A stretch of DNA of 64,000 nt from the human T2T-CHM13v2.0 reference genome, Homo sapiens. The position numbers and the translations under genes were made by a program. Below are positions 44,527-60,006 of the stretch, piece by piece. A model generated the notes under the pieces. The model was given only the letters and a program-made list of their open reading frames with translations. It had not been told where the DNA came from and did not search any database. The stretch's first letter is position 1. Every line of letters starts with the position of its first letter. The stretch lies in the NCBI RefSeq assembly GCF_009914755.1, contig NC_060937.1. One strand, written 5' to 3'.

Positions 44527-46329
44527 GAAAATAAACAGTTGAAGATAGTGAATCTGACACATTTAGTAATGAGCAAATCCTATTGTGTGCCCCAGTATTT
44601 AGGCACACCTATGCAAAAAAGTCATTTCAGGAAACTATGGCTTTATATCTGAGTAAACAAAAGTGGAGGGAAAGGGTTTGGCAGTGAAGAACAACTTGTT
44701 CACATCCCTTGTTAAAGTAATCCCACATAACCTTATTCCATTTCAAGCCAAGACTGTTTAGAATCTTATGTCCTGTTGCCACAAGAACTGAGCTCAATAC
44801 TTTAGAGTCCTCAGCCCAGTATCTGATAGTGGGTGTAGATATTTTTGGAAGAACCCAGGCATGTATCTGCAGGACCTTAGTAAACTTCCTGTTTGGCATA
44901 ATTCTCTTCTGCCTACCCAGTCTGTCTGAGGGCTATGCTTTCTTCTTCCCTCTCCTGAGTGAAGGCAATTGACGCTTAATTGTTATTTTCTTTCTAAAAT
45001 TGATAACATAAAACCGGGGCATTAGGTTTCTTCCTTGAAAATTTTGTGTTTTTATAATAAAAGTAGCTGTAGCCAAAACCTGCCCCATGTAAAGAAGTAT
45101 GTGTTAACAATTACAAAAATAATCATATGCATCTGTTTTGTACACTCAATGAAGTCCCAGAAATCTTTTTAGTGCTCTGATACCTTGTAATAAAGGACCT
45201 CTAGAGGTTACTGAAATGAAAGCATGCAGAGTTACTGTAGCGGTGTGTTGTTATTGGGGAAAATAAAACCAGCAGTCATTCACTGCACAGCCTACATTGC
45301 TGTAACCGGTGTTGTCCAGTAAACTATCTGGTATGCAAAATGCTAAGTATTCAATGTACCTGGCACTTTTGATCATTGTAATAGTAAACTGTTGGCATTT
45401 GGTTTATTTTCCAAAGCCAGCTCATTTGTACTTCTCTTAAATATTTTGGCTTTAGAACTTTGTTGTTGATACAGATAATTTATCTCCTTATTGCCCTGTT
45501 TCCCTTATTGCTGCCCTGCATTTAGCTGCAATTTGCTTTAATTGAGTCATCCCCATGATCACGGAGAATTTGTTCAGTATTTTGATTTTTAGCTATAATC
45601 TCATTTTGAATTGTTTATCTTGATAATTAACATTATTGCATGAAGACCCAATAGAGAAAAAATATTATGTGGGAAATTCATTCCTTAATAGTTAATATAA
45701 GCCTTCAAATGTTGAATGTCAAAACCTGCAATTTCTCTTGATCCTTAAAAGCCTTGTAAATAAAGACAGTTCAGTTGAAGAAACTATACTGTTAAAGTCA
45801 AGTATTTTTAGAAATCGGCTTTGAGTCTTGGGGATTTAGAAATTTACATATATGAACTGAATCTCAGCAAGCTCTAAATAAACAATAACTATTTGATGGG
45901 ATAATTTAAAGAGAGCCTGCCATCACAGCGATCATTATCTGCAAAAGTGATAATTCGCTAAAAATGTATGCCTAACTTGGTAATAACTTAATATCGCAGT
46001 GGTAATTTTTAATCAATAAACTGGAATATAATCAGATTGGGGAATATGTAAATCTATATCAGTTCAGTGAAACCTGTCAATAGGAAGAGAAAAGATAAAA
46101 AGGTAAAAATCAGATTGAATTTGGGGGGAAAGCTTGAAAGAAATGCAGTTACACCTCTGCTGTGATACTCAGCATGGGACATAAAGAGTCCCACCGCAGG
46201 GCTTGAATTTATAGGAATCTATCCAGCGGCACTTTGTCCAACGTTGGACCTTCCTAACAGACAAAAAGAAATCTTATACTCTTGCTTCTTAGTATTTAAT
46301 ATATGCATTATGTGCTTTTTAATTTTTTT

Positions 46330-46500
46330 GTCCTACGAAAGAGTAGCTGATGGTGCTGGATTGAAGGCATATCTACTCTGCCTCTGACTAGCAATATGAA
46401 ATTGGTTAAGTTATTCAGCCTCTCTACATTTCAGTTTCAGGAAATGAAGTGGACTAAGAATATCGTCATTAGGCAATATGTACCTCCAATATTCTGTATT
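46330..46500 (+). mobile_element. MIR3-like
   Basis: CTCTGCCTCTGACTAGC...AAGTTATTCAGCCTCTCT..TCAGTTTC. Confidence 0.6.
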
Positions 46501-47010
46501 ATGTGGAGATGTCAAGTCTGTATTTGATTACACAAATTATAAGTCCAAAAGAGTTCAGAATGAGTCATATAGAATTGAAAGTCCTATTTATAGAGATACT
46601 GGTTAAAGCACAGGAATTAGATGGGTTTAACATACTTCATCTGTGTATAGAAAAGAGTATAGGCTCAGGAAAGGGCCCAGGGACATACCACGATTGGGCC
46701 CAGGAGACAGTAAGAGAGTTTCAGTGACTAAGGAGATGCAAGGAGAGCATGGGATTTCTGAAACCAGGAGAAGAAAGCCTTTATCATAGAAGCAAGCGAT
46801 AAACTTCACTAAACACTTGTAGGACATTTTGGACAAGAACAGAAGAGTTACCTTTGATTTTCACTGCATGTAGCTTAACAAAAGTTCATAGAGGCAGTGA
46901 AAATGAAATCTCAATTAGAGTGGTCTGAGGAGAGAATTCAGGTGATGAAGTAGAAAATGCGACTATAGATGGCTCTAGAAGTTTTACTTTTAAGAGTAGC
47001 AGAGAACTGG
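46500..47010 (-). mobile_element. L2 fragment
   Basis: Antisense L2 motifs, e.g. GGAGAGCATGGGATTTCTGAAACCAGGAGAAG. Confidence 0.65.
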
Positions 47011-47447
47011 AGTACAGCTGCAGACATAGTTCCTCCTCCTCCCTGTCCTCCACCTCCAGTTTCTTCTTCTTTCCATGAGTGTAACAGAATGAAATTCAGG
47101 GCATAATCCTGTAGAAAGTAAGACATTGAAAGAGACTGGATAATCCTCCAAAATAAATAAATCCTCAGATGATGCCAGGCAGGGGGCTCTAGCACACAAA
47201 GTGATTGACATCTGATAGGAATTGAGCTGTTTTATCCACATAACAATTATTTTTCGGAGAAAATCTAATTGTAAAAATATAGCTGAAAACCAAAGATTAG
47301 CCTTATGTGTGTGTATGATAACTTGCGATGTAAAATGCGTTTCTCAATATAGGTCCTGGTCAAAAATTTTAAAAGTAAAATACCTTGAGGGAACTACAGT
47401 CAGAGGACAGCAGGATGAAGGATAATCATCAGAAAGAATACAAAGTG

Positions 47448-47576
47448 GGCCAGGCATGCTGGTTCATGACTGTAATCCCAGTGCTTTAGGAGGTGGAGCT
47501 GGGAGGATCACTTGAGGCCAGGAGTTTGAGACCAGCCTGGGAAGCCTAGAGCCCCATCTCTACAAAAATAAAAACA
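47448..47576 (+). mobile_element. FLAM_C / AluJ left monomer
   Basis: GGCCAGGCATG...GGATCACTTGAGGCCAGGAG...; TSD AAAGA(A/C)TACAAAGT at 47433-47446 and 47577-47590. Confidence 0.88.
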
Positions 47577-48109
47577 AAAGACTACAAAGTAGAAAAATCA
47601 GAGTGAAATAGAATCTTCAATACAAACAGTAGGGGGATTTTAGCAAACAGTAGCTGACTAACATCAGATGGTGCTAAGATTTGTATGGAGTTCAGTGCAG
47701 AGAGGTCTTTTTAACAAGCAATTTAAATGTGAACATTGCCTTGTTTACACAGCTCACATAAAGTGCAGTATAATGTGCAGGGAAAAAAAGTAAAAAGCTT
47801 AAATAATCTTTATTCTTAGGACAGTGTTTTTCAAATAAGGATTATGGCTCACTTTTGGATCATAACATAAAATAATTTTCTTGTGGCTCCAAGAAAAAGA
47901 AAACCCAAGTTTAAGAAGGCTTAACAATGGAGGTTACCTGTATCATATAAGAAGTCCTGAGTTATACATCTACTAACAATAGATCCATGGCAAGACACAT
48001 GTTAGAATTTGCACTTTGGAATGGTCTTTCTCTCACATTTCTAGTCTCATGGTCGCAAGATGACAGATTATCCCAGGCCTCGTGTTTACATTCGCAGACT
48101 AAAAAACAC

Positions 48110-48907
<798 letters not shown>

Positions 48908-49204
48908 AACATGTATGCGCAAAAAGGGGAAAAGAGTTGGGCCAGTTGAGTTTGTCACTTTGTATCCGGAAAGCAAAACCCTTCACAGAAACCTTACTGA
49001 ACTTTCATTTGCTTACATCTCCCGTTCCAGAATTAGGCTGCATGACCACTGTGGATCAACCACAAACCAAAAGAATTCAATTATCATGGCACTGTTCAAT
49101 TAGACAATCACAGTTCATCTCTTGGAGCTGAGATGGGGGATCATTTCCTTTCTTTTCTAAGATCTACTGAACTCTCATTAGCTGGAAAAAAAAATCAAAT
49201 TCTA

Positions 49205-50200
<996 letters not shown>

Positions 50201-50294
50201 ATGAGCAAATAGTTCTCATCCTTAAGAACATTCTAAATCAGTAGGAAGAAAGAATGAGTAACTATAGTTATGCCATGCTTAATGATGGGGATAC

Positions 50295-50646
50295 TGTATT
50301 AGTCTGTTCTCACCCTGCTAATAAAGACATACCTGAGACTAGTTAATTTATAAAGGAAAGAGGTTTAATGGACTCCCAGTTCCACATGGCTGGGGAGACC
50401 TCACAATCATGGCAGAAGGCAAAGGAGAAGCAAAGGCACGTCTTACATGGCAGCAGGCAGGAGAAGCTTGTGCAGGGGAACTCCCATCTATAAAACCATC
50501 AGATTGAGACTTATTCACTATCACGAGAACAGTATGGAGGAAACCGTCCCCATGATTCCATTATCTCCACTTGGCCTTGCCTTGACATGTGGGGATTATT
50601 ACAATTCAAGGTGAAATTTGGGTGAGGACACAGCCAAACCATATCA
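50295..50646 (-). mobile_element. THE1A/B solo LTR
   Basis: TGTATTAGTCTGTTCTCAC...CAGCCAAACCATATCA; perfect 5-bp TSD GATAC at 50290-50294 and 50647-50651. Confidence 0.93.
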
Positions 50647-51288
50647 GATACATTCTGAGAAATGCATGTTTCTGTGATTTCATAATTGTGTGAACATCAT
50701 GAGCATACTTACACCAACCTAGATGATACAGCCCACTCCCCACCTAAGGCTACATGGTGGAGCCTTTTGCTCCCAGGCTACAAACCTGTATGACATGTTA
50801 CTGTACTGAATAGTGTAGGCAATTGTAACACAATGGTAAGTATTTGTGTCTCTAAACATAGAGAAGATACTGTAAAACTACAGTGTAAAAGATAAAAAAT
50901 AGTACACCTTATAGGGAAATTACTATGAATGGAGCTTTCAGGCCACAAAGTTACTGTGGGTGAGTCAGTGAGTGGTGAGTGAATGTGAAGGCCGAGAAAA
51001 TTACTGTAAACTAGTGTAGAGTTTATAAATACTATACACTTAGAATACCCAACAATTATTAAAAATATTTCTTTTTCTTCAATAATAAATTTACCTTAAC
51101 ACTGTAATTTTTTACTTTATAATTTTGTTTTTTAACATTTTGACTTTTCTATAATAAATGTAGCTTAAAACATACTGTACAGTTATACCTGATTTTTTTG
51201 TTATATTATTCTAAAGCTTTTATCTAGTTTCTTTTTTTTTTTCCTTTTTTATTAAAAGCGAAGACACAAACACACATTAACCTAGTCT

Positions 51289-51600
51289 TGCCAGGCACTG
51301 TGGTTCATATCTGTAATCCCAGCACTCTGGGAGGTCAAGGTGGGAAAAGGCCTCCTCCTCTTGAGGCCAGGAATTTGAGACATACCAGGACAACATAGCA
51401 AAACCTTGTCTCTACAAAACATTTAAAATAACTGGCCAGGTATAATGGCATGCACAGGTGGTCATAACTACTCAGGAGGCTGAGGTGGGAGGACCGCTTG
51501 AGCCCAAGAGTTTACGGCTACAGTGAGCCATGATCACTCCACTGCCCTTCAGCCTGGGCAACACAGTGATACCCTGTTTCAGAAAACAAAAATCAAAACA
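51289..51600 (+). mobile_element. AluJ
   Basis: GGAGGACCGCTTGAGCCCAAGAG and GCTACAGTGAGCCATGATC diagnostics. Confidence 0.9.
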
Positions 51601-52144
51601 TCTGGGCCTGCACAAGGTCAAGATCATCAGTATCACTGTCTTCCACCTCCACATCTTGTACTACTGGAGGGACTTCAAGGTCAGTAACACTCATGGAGCT
51701 GTCATCATGTATGATAACAACGACTCTTGGAATAACTTCTGAAGGATCTGTCTGAAGCTGTTTTACAGTTAATTTTTGTTTTTTAATATGCAGAAGGAGT
51801 ATACTCTAAAATAACTATAAAAAGTAGAGTAAATACCTAAACCAGTAGCTTAGTCATGTATTATCATTACCAAGTATTATGTACTATACATAATCATGTA
51901 GGCTATATTTGGTTATGCATACTATATGACTGGCAGCTCAGTAGGTTTGTCTACATCAGCATCACCGTAAACATGTGAGTAATGCATTGTGCTCTGACAT
52001 CACAATGGCTATATCACCAGGCAATAGGAATCTTTCACCTCCCTTGTTGACTGAAATGTGCTTATGCAGCACATATATAATAAAAATGATAAAAGGCTAC
52101 TCTCTTTAGAAGGACAGACAACATGTGAGTTTGGACCATTATAG

Positions 52145-52478
<334 letters not shown>

Positions 52479-53102
52479 TTGAATAGAGATTTGAAGGAAA
52501 GATGCAGCCAAGGGGATGTTGGCAAGTGAAACAATCCATATTTAAAGGTTAGAGGGATGAAATGGAAGTGAGTTCTGGAAGTTTGATGGAGGCAAGTCTG
52601 TGGAAAGTTTCAAACACTAAACCTGTGCAAATGAATTATCTTCAATTTTTGTAATTTGTTTTTATGCAATATATTTTCTGAATATATGAGTGATGTAACC
52701 TTGATGGTATTATAGGAAGTTGACATTTCAGGCAGTCTTACTAATTAAATGTTATTAATTCAACATCTGTTAAACAAATATTTTTGGGTGCTAGTTGCCA
52801 GACTCCAAAATAATAGCCAGAGAAAATAAGGTGAGTGCAAACTAAAGGCATAGCCTTTACTCTCATAGAAAAGTCTTTTTCTCTAATTTTTAAATGTATT
52901 TTGTCTTTAAGATAACATCACAAGTTCATCAAGAGTAGAAAAAAAAATCACTTTCTTATATTTCTTCTGTTTCAATCACAGTCCATATGGCAAAATTAGG
53001 CAAATAGTAATTGAGCAATAAACCCCAAGTTGATTGTTTAATGGAATAATCAAGAAATTTCTAGATGGTCATTCCACTTTGGATCATTACAGCCCTACCT
53101 TA

Positions 53103-53436
<334 letters not shown>

Positions 53437-54164
53437 TTATGTAGTTAGATTGACTAATGCCAGCAGCTATGGATCGTTCAGGCTGAAAACTTCCCTTGGA
53501 GGTCTTAATGATCCAGATTTCCTTATTAATACATGCAACTGTCACATGCTCCATCACATTCTGTATTGTCTCCCTAAAGCTTCAATGTCTTTTTTACACT
53601 GGAATTTATCAGTGTCATCAAAACATTTAATGCTGGTTAAAATGATAGCCCCTGACTTAATTATATGGGCTGTCAGGCAAAATTGACGGATGTCAGTGAC
53701 AACAAAGCTTATTCTAGCCTGACCTTCACCGAAAAATACACTGAGAAATGGTATTTCTATCCTCCTATCCTCAGATCAAGCTTTTATCTGTTGGCATCAT
53801 TGTCATTATAATTATATGTGGTATAATAATAGTGATTCTGATTTAAATTTTGTAAAATAGAAACCACATCGAACTTGCTTCCTAAAGTGTGATGTAATTT
53901 TTTAAATAAAGAGGAAAAAATTCTAGACATTTCCAACTCCTTAAAAAATACTGTGTTTGATTTGTTGACATAGGGAACTGGAAAGTGGGGTAAATTGAAA
54001 AATAGTAGAGTTTTAGTTTCTAACACTCATATCAACTTTAAATTTGTCTTTTTGACAATTTGGAGGTACTTGATTGTATTTCTATGAAAGGAAATCATAA
54101 GAATGAGAATATAAAGATCACTGTTTAATTCCTAATATGAATCGTGCTCTACTGTCCAAAAAAA

Positions 54165-54674
<510 letters not shown>

Positions 54675-55189
54675 TAACAGAATGTTTTCAGGAGGAGAAT
54701 TCCCTAAGGTGAGAAACTGGTTTTCTCAGGAGACTATTTGGACAAATGACAACCATGTTATTTAGTGAGAGTGACCACCAATGGAGCCCTATACAACTGT
54801 CACTGGCACTGCCTGAAGGGAATTTATAACCAGGAGACTATTGCTGTTCTTAGTTGTGTCTAAAATTGCATTGTCATGATTCACCAAAGGCATGTCATGA
54901 TGTACCATGTGCCTTTTGAGATGGGATAATACTTATCTATAAGATGGTATGATTATCAGATTGACTCCTTCTCCTACAAAGAAGCCTCAATATATTTCAA
55001 AGAGTAGAAAACTTTCTGCATCCCAGAGAGCAATGATTTTTATCATTGAACAGTGGAAGTGTTTATTTCCAAACTATTTAAGTGCTGCACATGACCCCAA
55101 AGTTTATCTTGAAATTAGTTACTACACTGAGACACAATTCTGTGAGAAATGGAAGTAAATTTTAAGTGATCCCATCTCAGGCTAAGTAG

Positions 55190-55520
55190 CTTGCTGAGAG
55201 TTGTGAGACAAACATCTCTATACTTTGATGCTTTTCTGTGAAGAAAATCATGATTATAAATATGGACTATATATAAATATAGTAAAAAAAAAAAAAAAGA
55301 AAAAGAAAGAAAAACCTATGCTATTACAGGCCAGGAGAGCAGATCCCTTTGATGAGAAGAGGTAAGGATTAGTGATTGGAAGGAAATATGAAGGGAATTG
55401 TGAGGATGGATGAATTTCTGTTTCTTGATTAGGGTGTTTATGTGCAATTTTTGAAGTCATCAAACTGTATACTTATAATATTTGCTCTTTTCTTCATATT
55501 CTACCTCAATAAAAATGTGA
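55190..55520 (+). mobile_element. L1ME-type 3' end
   Basis: GTGATTGGAAGGAAATATGAAGGG...TTCTGTTTCTTGAT...CATCAAACTGTATACTTA...CTCAATAAAAA. Confidence 0.7.
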
Positions 55521-55562
55521 ACATATGCATGAACATACATACCCAGATACGTATGTGCCTGA

Positions 55563-55588
55563 GTGTGTGTGTGCGCGTGTGTGTGTGT
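55563..55588. repeat. (TG)n/(CG) alternating purine-pyrimidine tract
   Basis: GTGTGTGTGTGCGCGTGTGTGTGTGT. Confidence 0.85.
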
Positions 55589-56687
55589 ACAGGCATATAA
55601 GTTTGTAAATTTAATCCAGTATCAAAACTCAATGAAAACCCATTTTTTTCTAACGTGGCTGTGACTAATTATTTAAGGATTGCAAACTTACTAAACAGTC
55701 CAAAATCTTTCAAACCAATTTAAATCAAAGCATAATATTATCGAAAGATTTAAATTTATGCATCACTTTTCCGTGATGGAATGCTAAGTAGATCCTATCC
55801 AATGCTTACTTCAGATCCACTTCATTTCCAAAATGCCACTGAAGCATAAGTTAATTAAATTACATAGATTCTAGGCAGTGATGGGAAAAGTAATATTTGA
55901 TTAAGTGCATATGCCTGCAAAAATCCCTCCGTTGCCATACGTGCTGATACATCAGCTGCTTAACTGCTGGCATTTTTAATCTATCCAAAAGGAAGACATA
56001 TTTAAGTAGGTTAGTTATTCCTTGGCTTGTGAAGTGCTATCATTTTTGTTGTTTGCTAATAGTCCTGTAAGGCAGAATTCATTCAAAGCCAGACAGGAAA
56101 TGCAATGACATAAAACCTGGTATTTAGAGTGCATATGCTCAGAATTCACAGCGATACTGTGTCGTAGGTGGTGGTTTCTTGCAGGCATTGCATTTCTCTT
56201 GATTCATGATAATGTTTGAAGCTTTGAAAGTGAAATTGACTAAAATTAATTCTACTTGTGAAACTGCCCTCCGGAAAACTGTTCATGTCTATGTGTATCA
56301 ATGTGCTAACATAGCAATAGCATTTAAAGGCTTGACAATAAAGGCAGTTACTAACAAATAAAACATTAGAAAGGGCTTTTTTAACAAGTAAATTTCAGGG
56401 GAATGGTTTCAAGTTTAGACAGAATTATATACAAGTTCCCAGATGTTCATATAAATATTAATATATCAGTTATTTTCTATTTGACTCAATTATGCACAAA
56501 TCAGCACATAATAATTTAATCAAGCTCTTCATCTCTCTTTGACAATACATTGCATCATGGAGTAGAGAAAGAATGTGAAATTCAAGGTGGCTAGTCTACT
56601 GCTAAACTCTGATGAAATGACACAGAATAATGATTTAACCACCAAACTAAGAAAAATCCTTCATTTTCATGTACATTTTACCTATGT

Positions 56688-57055
56688 CCATTCACTTATC
56701 TAATGATCCTATACATATTTATCAAGTATTAGTATGTGCAGGGCTATGTCTTCGTTGCTAGAGATACATCTTGTGACTCACCAATTCTCTGTCCTCATGG
56801 AGTTTCTATTCTAACGGGGAAACAGAATACTGGCAGAAAACAAACCAGTAAATACATCATGTGTCAGATATTGATGAGACACGTGGAGAAGAATTAGGCA
56901 AGGTAATTTGCATAAAAATTGTGAGATGAGATGGAGTGCTGATGTTGTTATTTTAGTTGAGGGATATGGACAGGGTTACTCGAAAGGTGGTATTGGAGTA
57001 GATAACTGAAGGAAGTGAGAGATACCCACGTGGATACCTGAGGCAGGGCTGCTCT
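56688..57055 (-). mobile_element. L2a 3' fragment
   Basis: CATATTTATCAAGTATTAGTATGTGCAGG...CTGTCCTCATGGAGTTTCTATTCTA...CTGAAGGAAGTGAG. Confidence 0.75.
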
Positions 57056-57594
57056 CAGAAACTCACCTAGAGTTTGCCATTAAGCTTGCCATTACTACTT
57101 TCAGAAGAACTCAGAATATTAATTTACTTTCTCCACATTCCCTACAGTATGGATGAAGAAATATCACCACGTTCTTTTGTTTGTCTAGACACACAAAATA
57201 TCTACAGTAGTTGGAGGTACAGACAGAGCTGGGACTAAGGCTTGATTCACCTATTCATAAGCCAGGAAGGAACTCTTGGTTGAATGTAAAAAACAAAAAA
57301 TATGGTCATATTGCAAACAGAAAAAAAAAAAGTCAGCTTCTAAAAGGATAAAATATAGGGCAAGTTTCTTGGCAGGATTTTAAATGATTCTGTGGAACTT
57401 CATTATGACATATTTGTCCCTAAACATTATATGTAAGTTTTTATTTTTAACATGTGCTTCTTCCTCTTAGAATGTCTGTTTACATACTCTTCTTGTGCAT
57501 TTTAAAAAATTTATCTATAATGTGCAGTTAAACTTTTCAGCGCATTGTTTCCCGAAAACTCCAAGCTGAATTGTTCTCGGTTCTTTGTGAATTA

Positions 57595-57674
57595 TTAGGT
57601 CAGTGCAAAAGTAATTGCGGGTTTTGCCGTTGCTTTTAATGGTAAAACCCACAATTATGTTTGTACCAGCCTGA
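57595..57674. mobile_element. MADE1 (Hsmar1-derived MITE)
   Basis: TA|TTAGGTCAGTGCAAAAGTAATTGCGGGTTTTGCC...GGTAAAACCCACAATTATGTTTGTACCAGCCTGA; 80-bp near-palindrome. Confidence 0.92.
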
Positions 57675-57939
57675 TCCTAAGCAATCTCATTATCGTCTAG
57701 ATTCTGCCACTTTTCATTGTATTATTATATCTATTTTTTCACTAACAGAAATAATTTTTAGTGTCCCTAATGTTTAGTGTTGTGCATATTTTAAAATCGT
57801 AATGTTTTCCAAATAAATAAATGAACACGAGATTAACTTACAGGTAGAAAAATGTATAAAACCTCATCAAAAATGATGGCTCTCTAATCAGTATCCTTGC
57901 TATACATTGTAAAGGGACATTAAGTATCCACCCAGCCTT

Positions 57940-58125
57940 TAGAGGTGGAAGACTGGCTCTACCACTTAATGGTTGTATAATAGTAAACACTTTGGTAAGC
58001 CTCAGTATCCTGAGTTCTAAAATAAACATATAAATGGTGTTTGTCCCAGTGGTCTGTTTAGGGTCACAGTGACTAACGTATATAAAAGATATAAAAGTGT
58101 TTTGTAAATTTTAAAGTGTTTTTCA
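57940..58125 (+). mobile_element. MIR
   Basis: CTGGCTCTACCACTTAATGGTTGT...AAGCCTCAGTATCCT...AAAGTGTTTTGTAAA. Confidence 0.65.
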
Positions 58126-59718
58126 CCTCTTCATTTTTATGACTAATTCTAATATTATCTTATATTTGAAAAGCATAGGGACATAGGAAGGAATTAACCG
58201 TGTAACAGATAATGAACTAAAAATTTTCTTAAAAATAATTGACTGAAAAGATATATTGGGTTGAACCTATACTAGTATAAATAGTAGTTCAATAAATCCA
58301 AGCTAATTATTGGAGGCAAGAAAACTACAGTGGAAATCTTTGTACTTATCATGAAAGAAGCCTTGTAAAATTTATACAGGAATAACTGTCAACTCCATCA
58401 CATGCAGGGGGTACAGAATGAGGTAGAACAAAGACAGATACCTATGGAAACTGAGAAGGACTCAGATGGTCTCGTTACTATATGGAACCAAGTTTCTGCT
58501 TAGTGACAAATCAGAAATTTATTATGTTTTCTTGTCAGGAGATGTGTACTCAATTGCTGATTATTTCAGAATTAAACCTATGCTAATGGTTTACTATCAG
58601 ATCCATGTTAATTAAAAATTTAAACTTGAAAATGATTCTGAGATGTCCTTGATATGTGAAGTGCTATTTTAATTTGTTTTGAAACATTCTCCATAATTAC
58701 AAGCTATACAGAAAAAAAGATCTGATTTTTTTAGTCTTCAAGTCCACAAAAATAGGGACTAATAAAGAAAAGGAAGAACCAGAATTACTTTATATAATTC
58801 AGTCAACTTTTTGACACACTTGTAAAACTATTATATTTTAGAAATGTGCAATTAATAGGCATTTTCATGTTTTATACACATATTAAGATGGGTAGTTTTT
58901 GTTTTGATGCTATAGAAACATATTTGATCAATATTTTCTCATGGTAAAGCAAAGATTTTCTCAACACACATCGGCAGCACGTTCTTCACATTCATTTGGT
59001 CAGGAGATTTTTGTGAATAAATGGGATTTCACATTTATTCTTATATTCATAATAAAATATAAGAATTAGTGCACTTGGCCAACCGTGTAGATTATCCACT
59101 TCAGCATTTTGCCTCTGACAAGCAACAAGAAATATATTGTCGAATGTACTGTCTTCTACCTGAATATTACTCTAAAAATTAAGCAGTACATGCCCAAACT
59201 GTTGATTTTTTTCAGACTACTCCAAATTCAAACTGTGTCAATTCTGACTAGAAAACCAAACCTCATAAAATTATTATACTATGTCAAGTAATATTTCTTT
59301 TTATTTGCCCTCAGTTTTCTTCTCTCTTGGTTCAAAGGAGATTCTTGTTAACTGAATTCAGTTGAAATATATCCTTAGCCTTCATAATTGCAGAATCATT
59401 CTTTCTTCAGCTTCACAGTTTTTTTTATCTTTTCAGTCTAGAGTCTACATCATTTAAGTCTGTCCCCAAAAGGCAGACTCTGTCCCTTTGATGTTTTTTG
59501 CATGCTGTGATCTGGACCTCAAAACCTTTCATTTTATCATTCTTGTGCAACAATACATATAGAAGAAGCAGGTATAGACTCAGTATTTTGCAGAAGAAAA
59601 GCATTTTGTGTGTGTATATGTTTTAACAAATTATATACATTTCTAATGATGTCAATGTTGTGATTTTTAATTTAAAAAATTAAGACCATTTTGAATAGAG
59701 TAACACATTAATTTTCTT

Positions 59719-60006
59719 TTTTTCTTTTTTTTTAACAATGAGAACACTTGGACACAGGAAGGGGAACATCACACACAGTGCCTGTTGTGGGGTGGGAGAG
59801 GGGGGAGGGATAGCAATAGGAGATACACCTAATGTAAATGAGGAGTTAATGGGTGCAGCACACTAACATGGCACATGTATACATATGTAACAAACCTGCA
59901 CATTGTGCACATGTACCCTAGAACTTAAAGTATAATAAAAATATATAAAAAAAGAGAAAATACAGAATCAAGAAATAAATAAATAAAAATAAAACAAAAC
60001 AAAAAA
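59719..60006 (+). mobile_element. L1PA5-like 3' stub with 5' poly(T) and a composite tail
   Basis: L1 3'UTR at 59734-59940; perfect 20-bp TSD AGTAACACATTAATTTTCTT at 59699-59718 and 60007-60026. Confidence 0.92.

Larger units (their letters stand above)
50265..52074 (+). mobile_element. Tigger3b (MER7B/Golem) split by THE1 and AluJ
   Basis: TA|TAGTTATGCCATGCTTAATGATGGGGATAC..ATTCTGAGAAATGC...ACCTAGATG...GTTGACTGAAATGTGCTTATGCAGCACAT. Confidence 0.88.
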
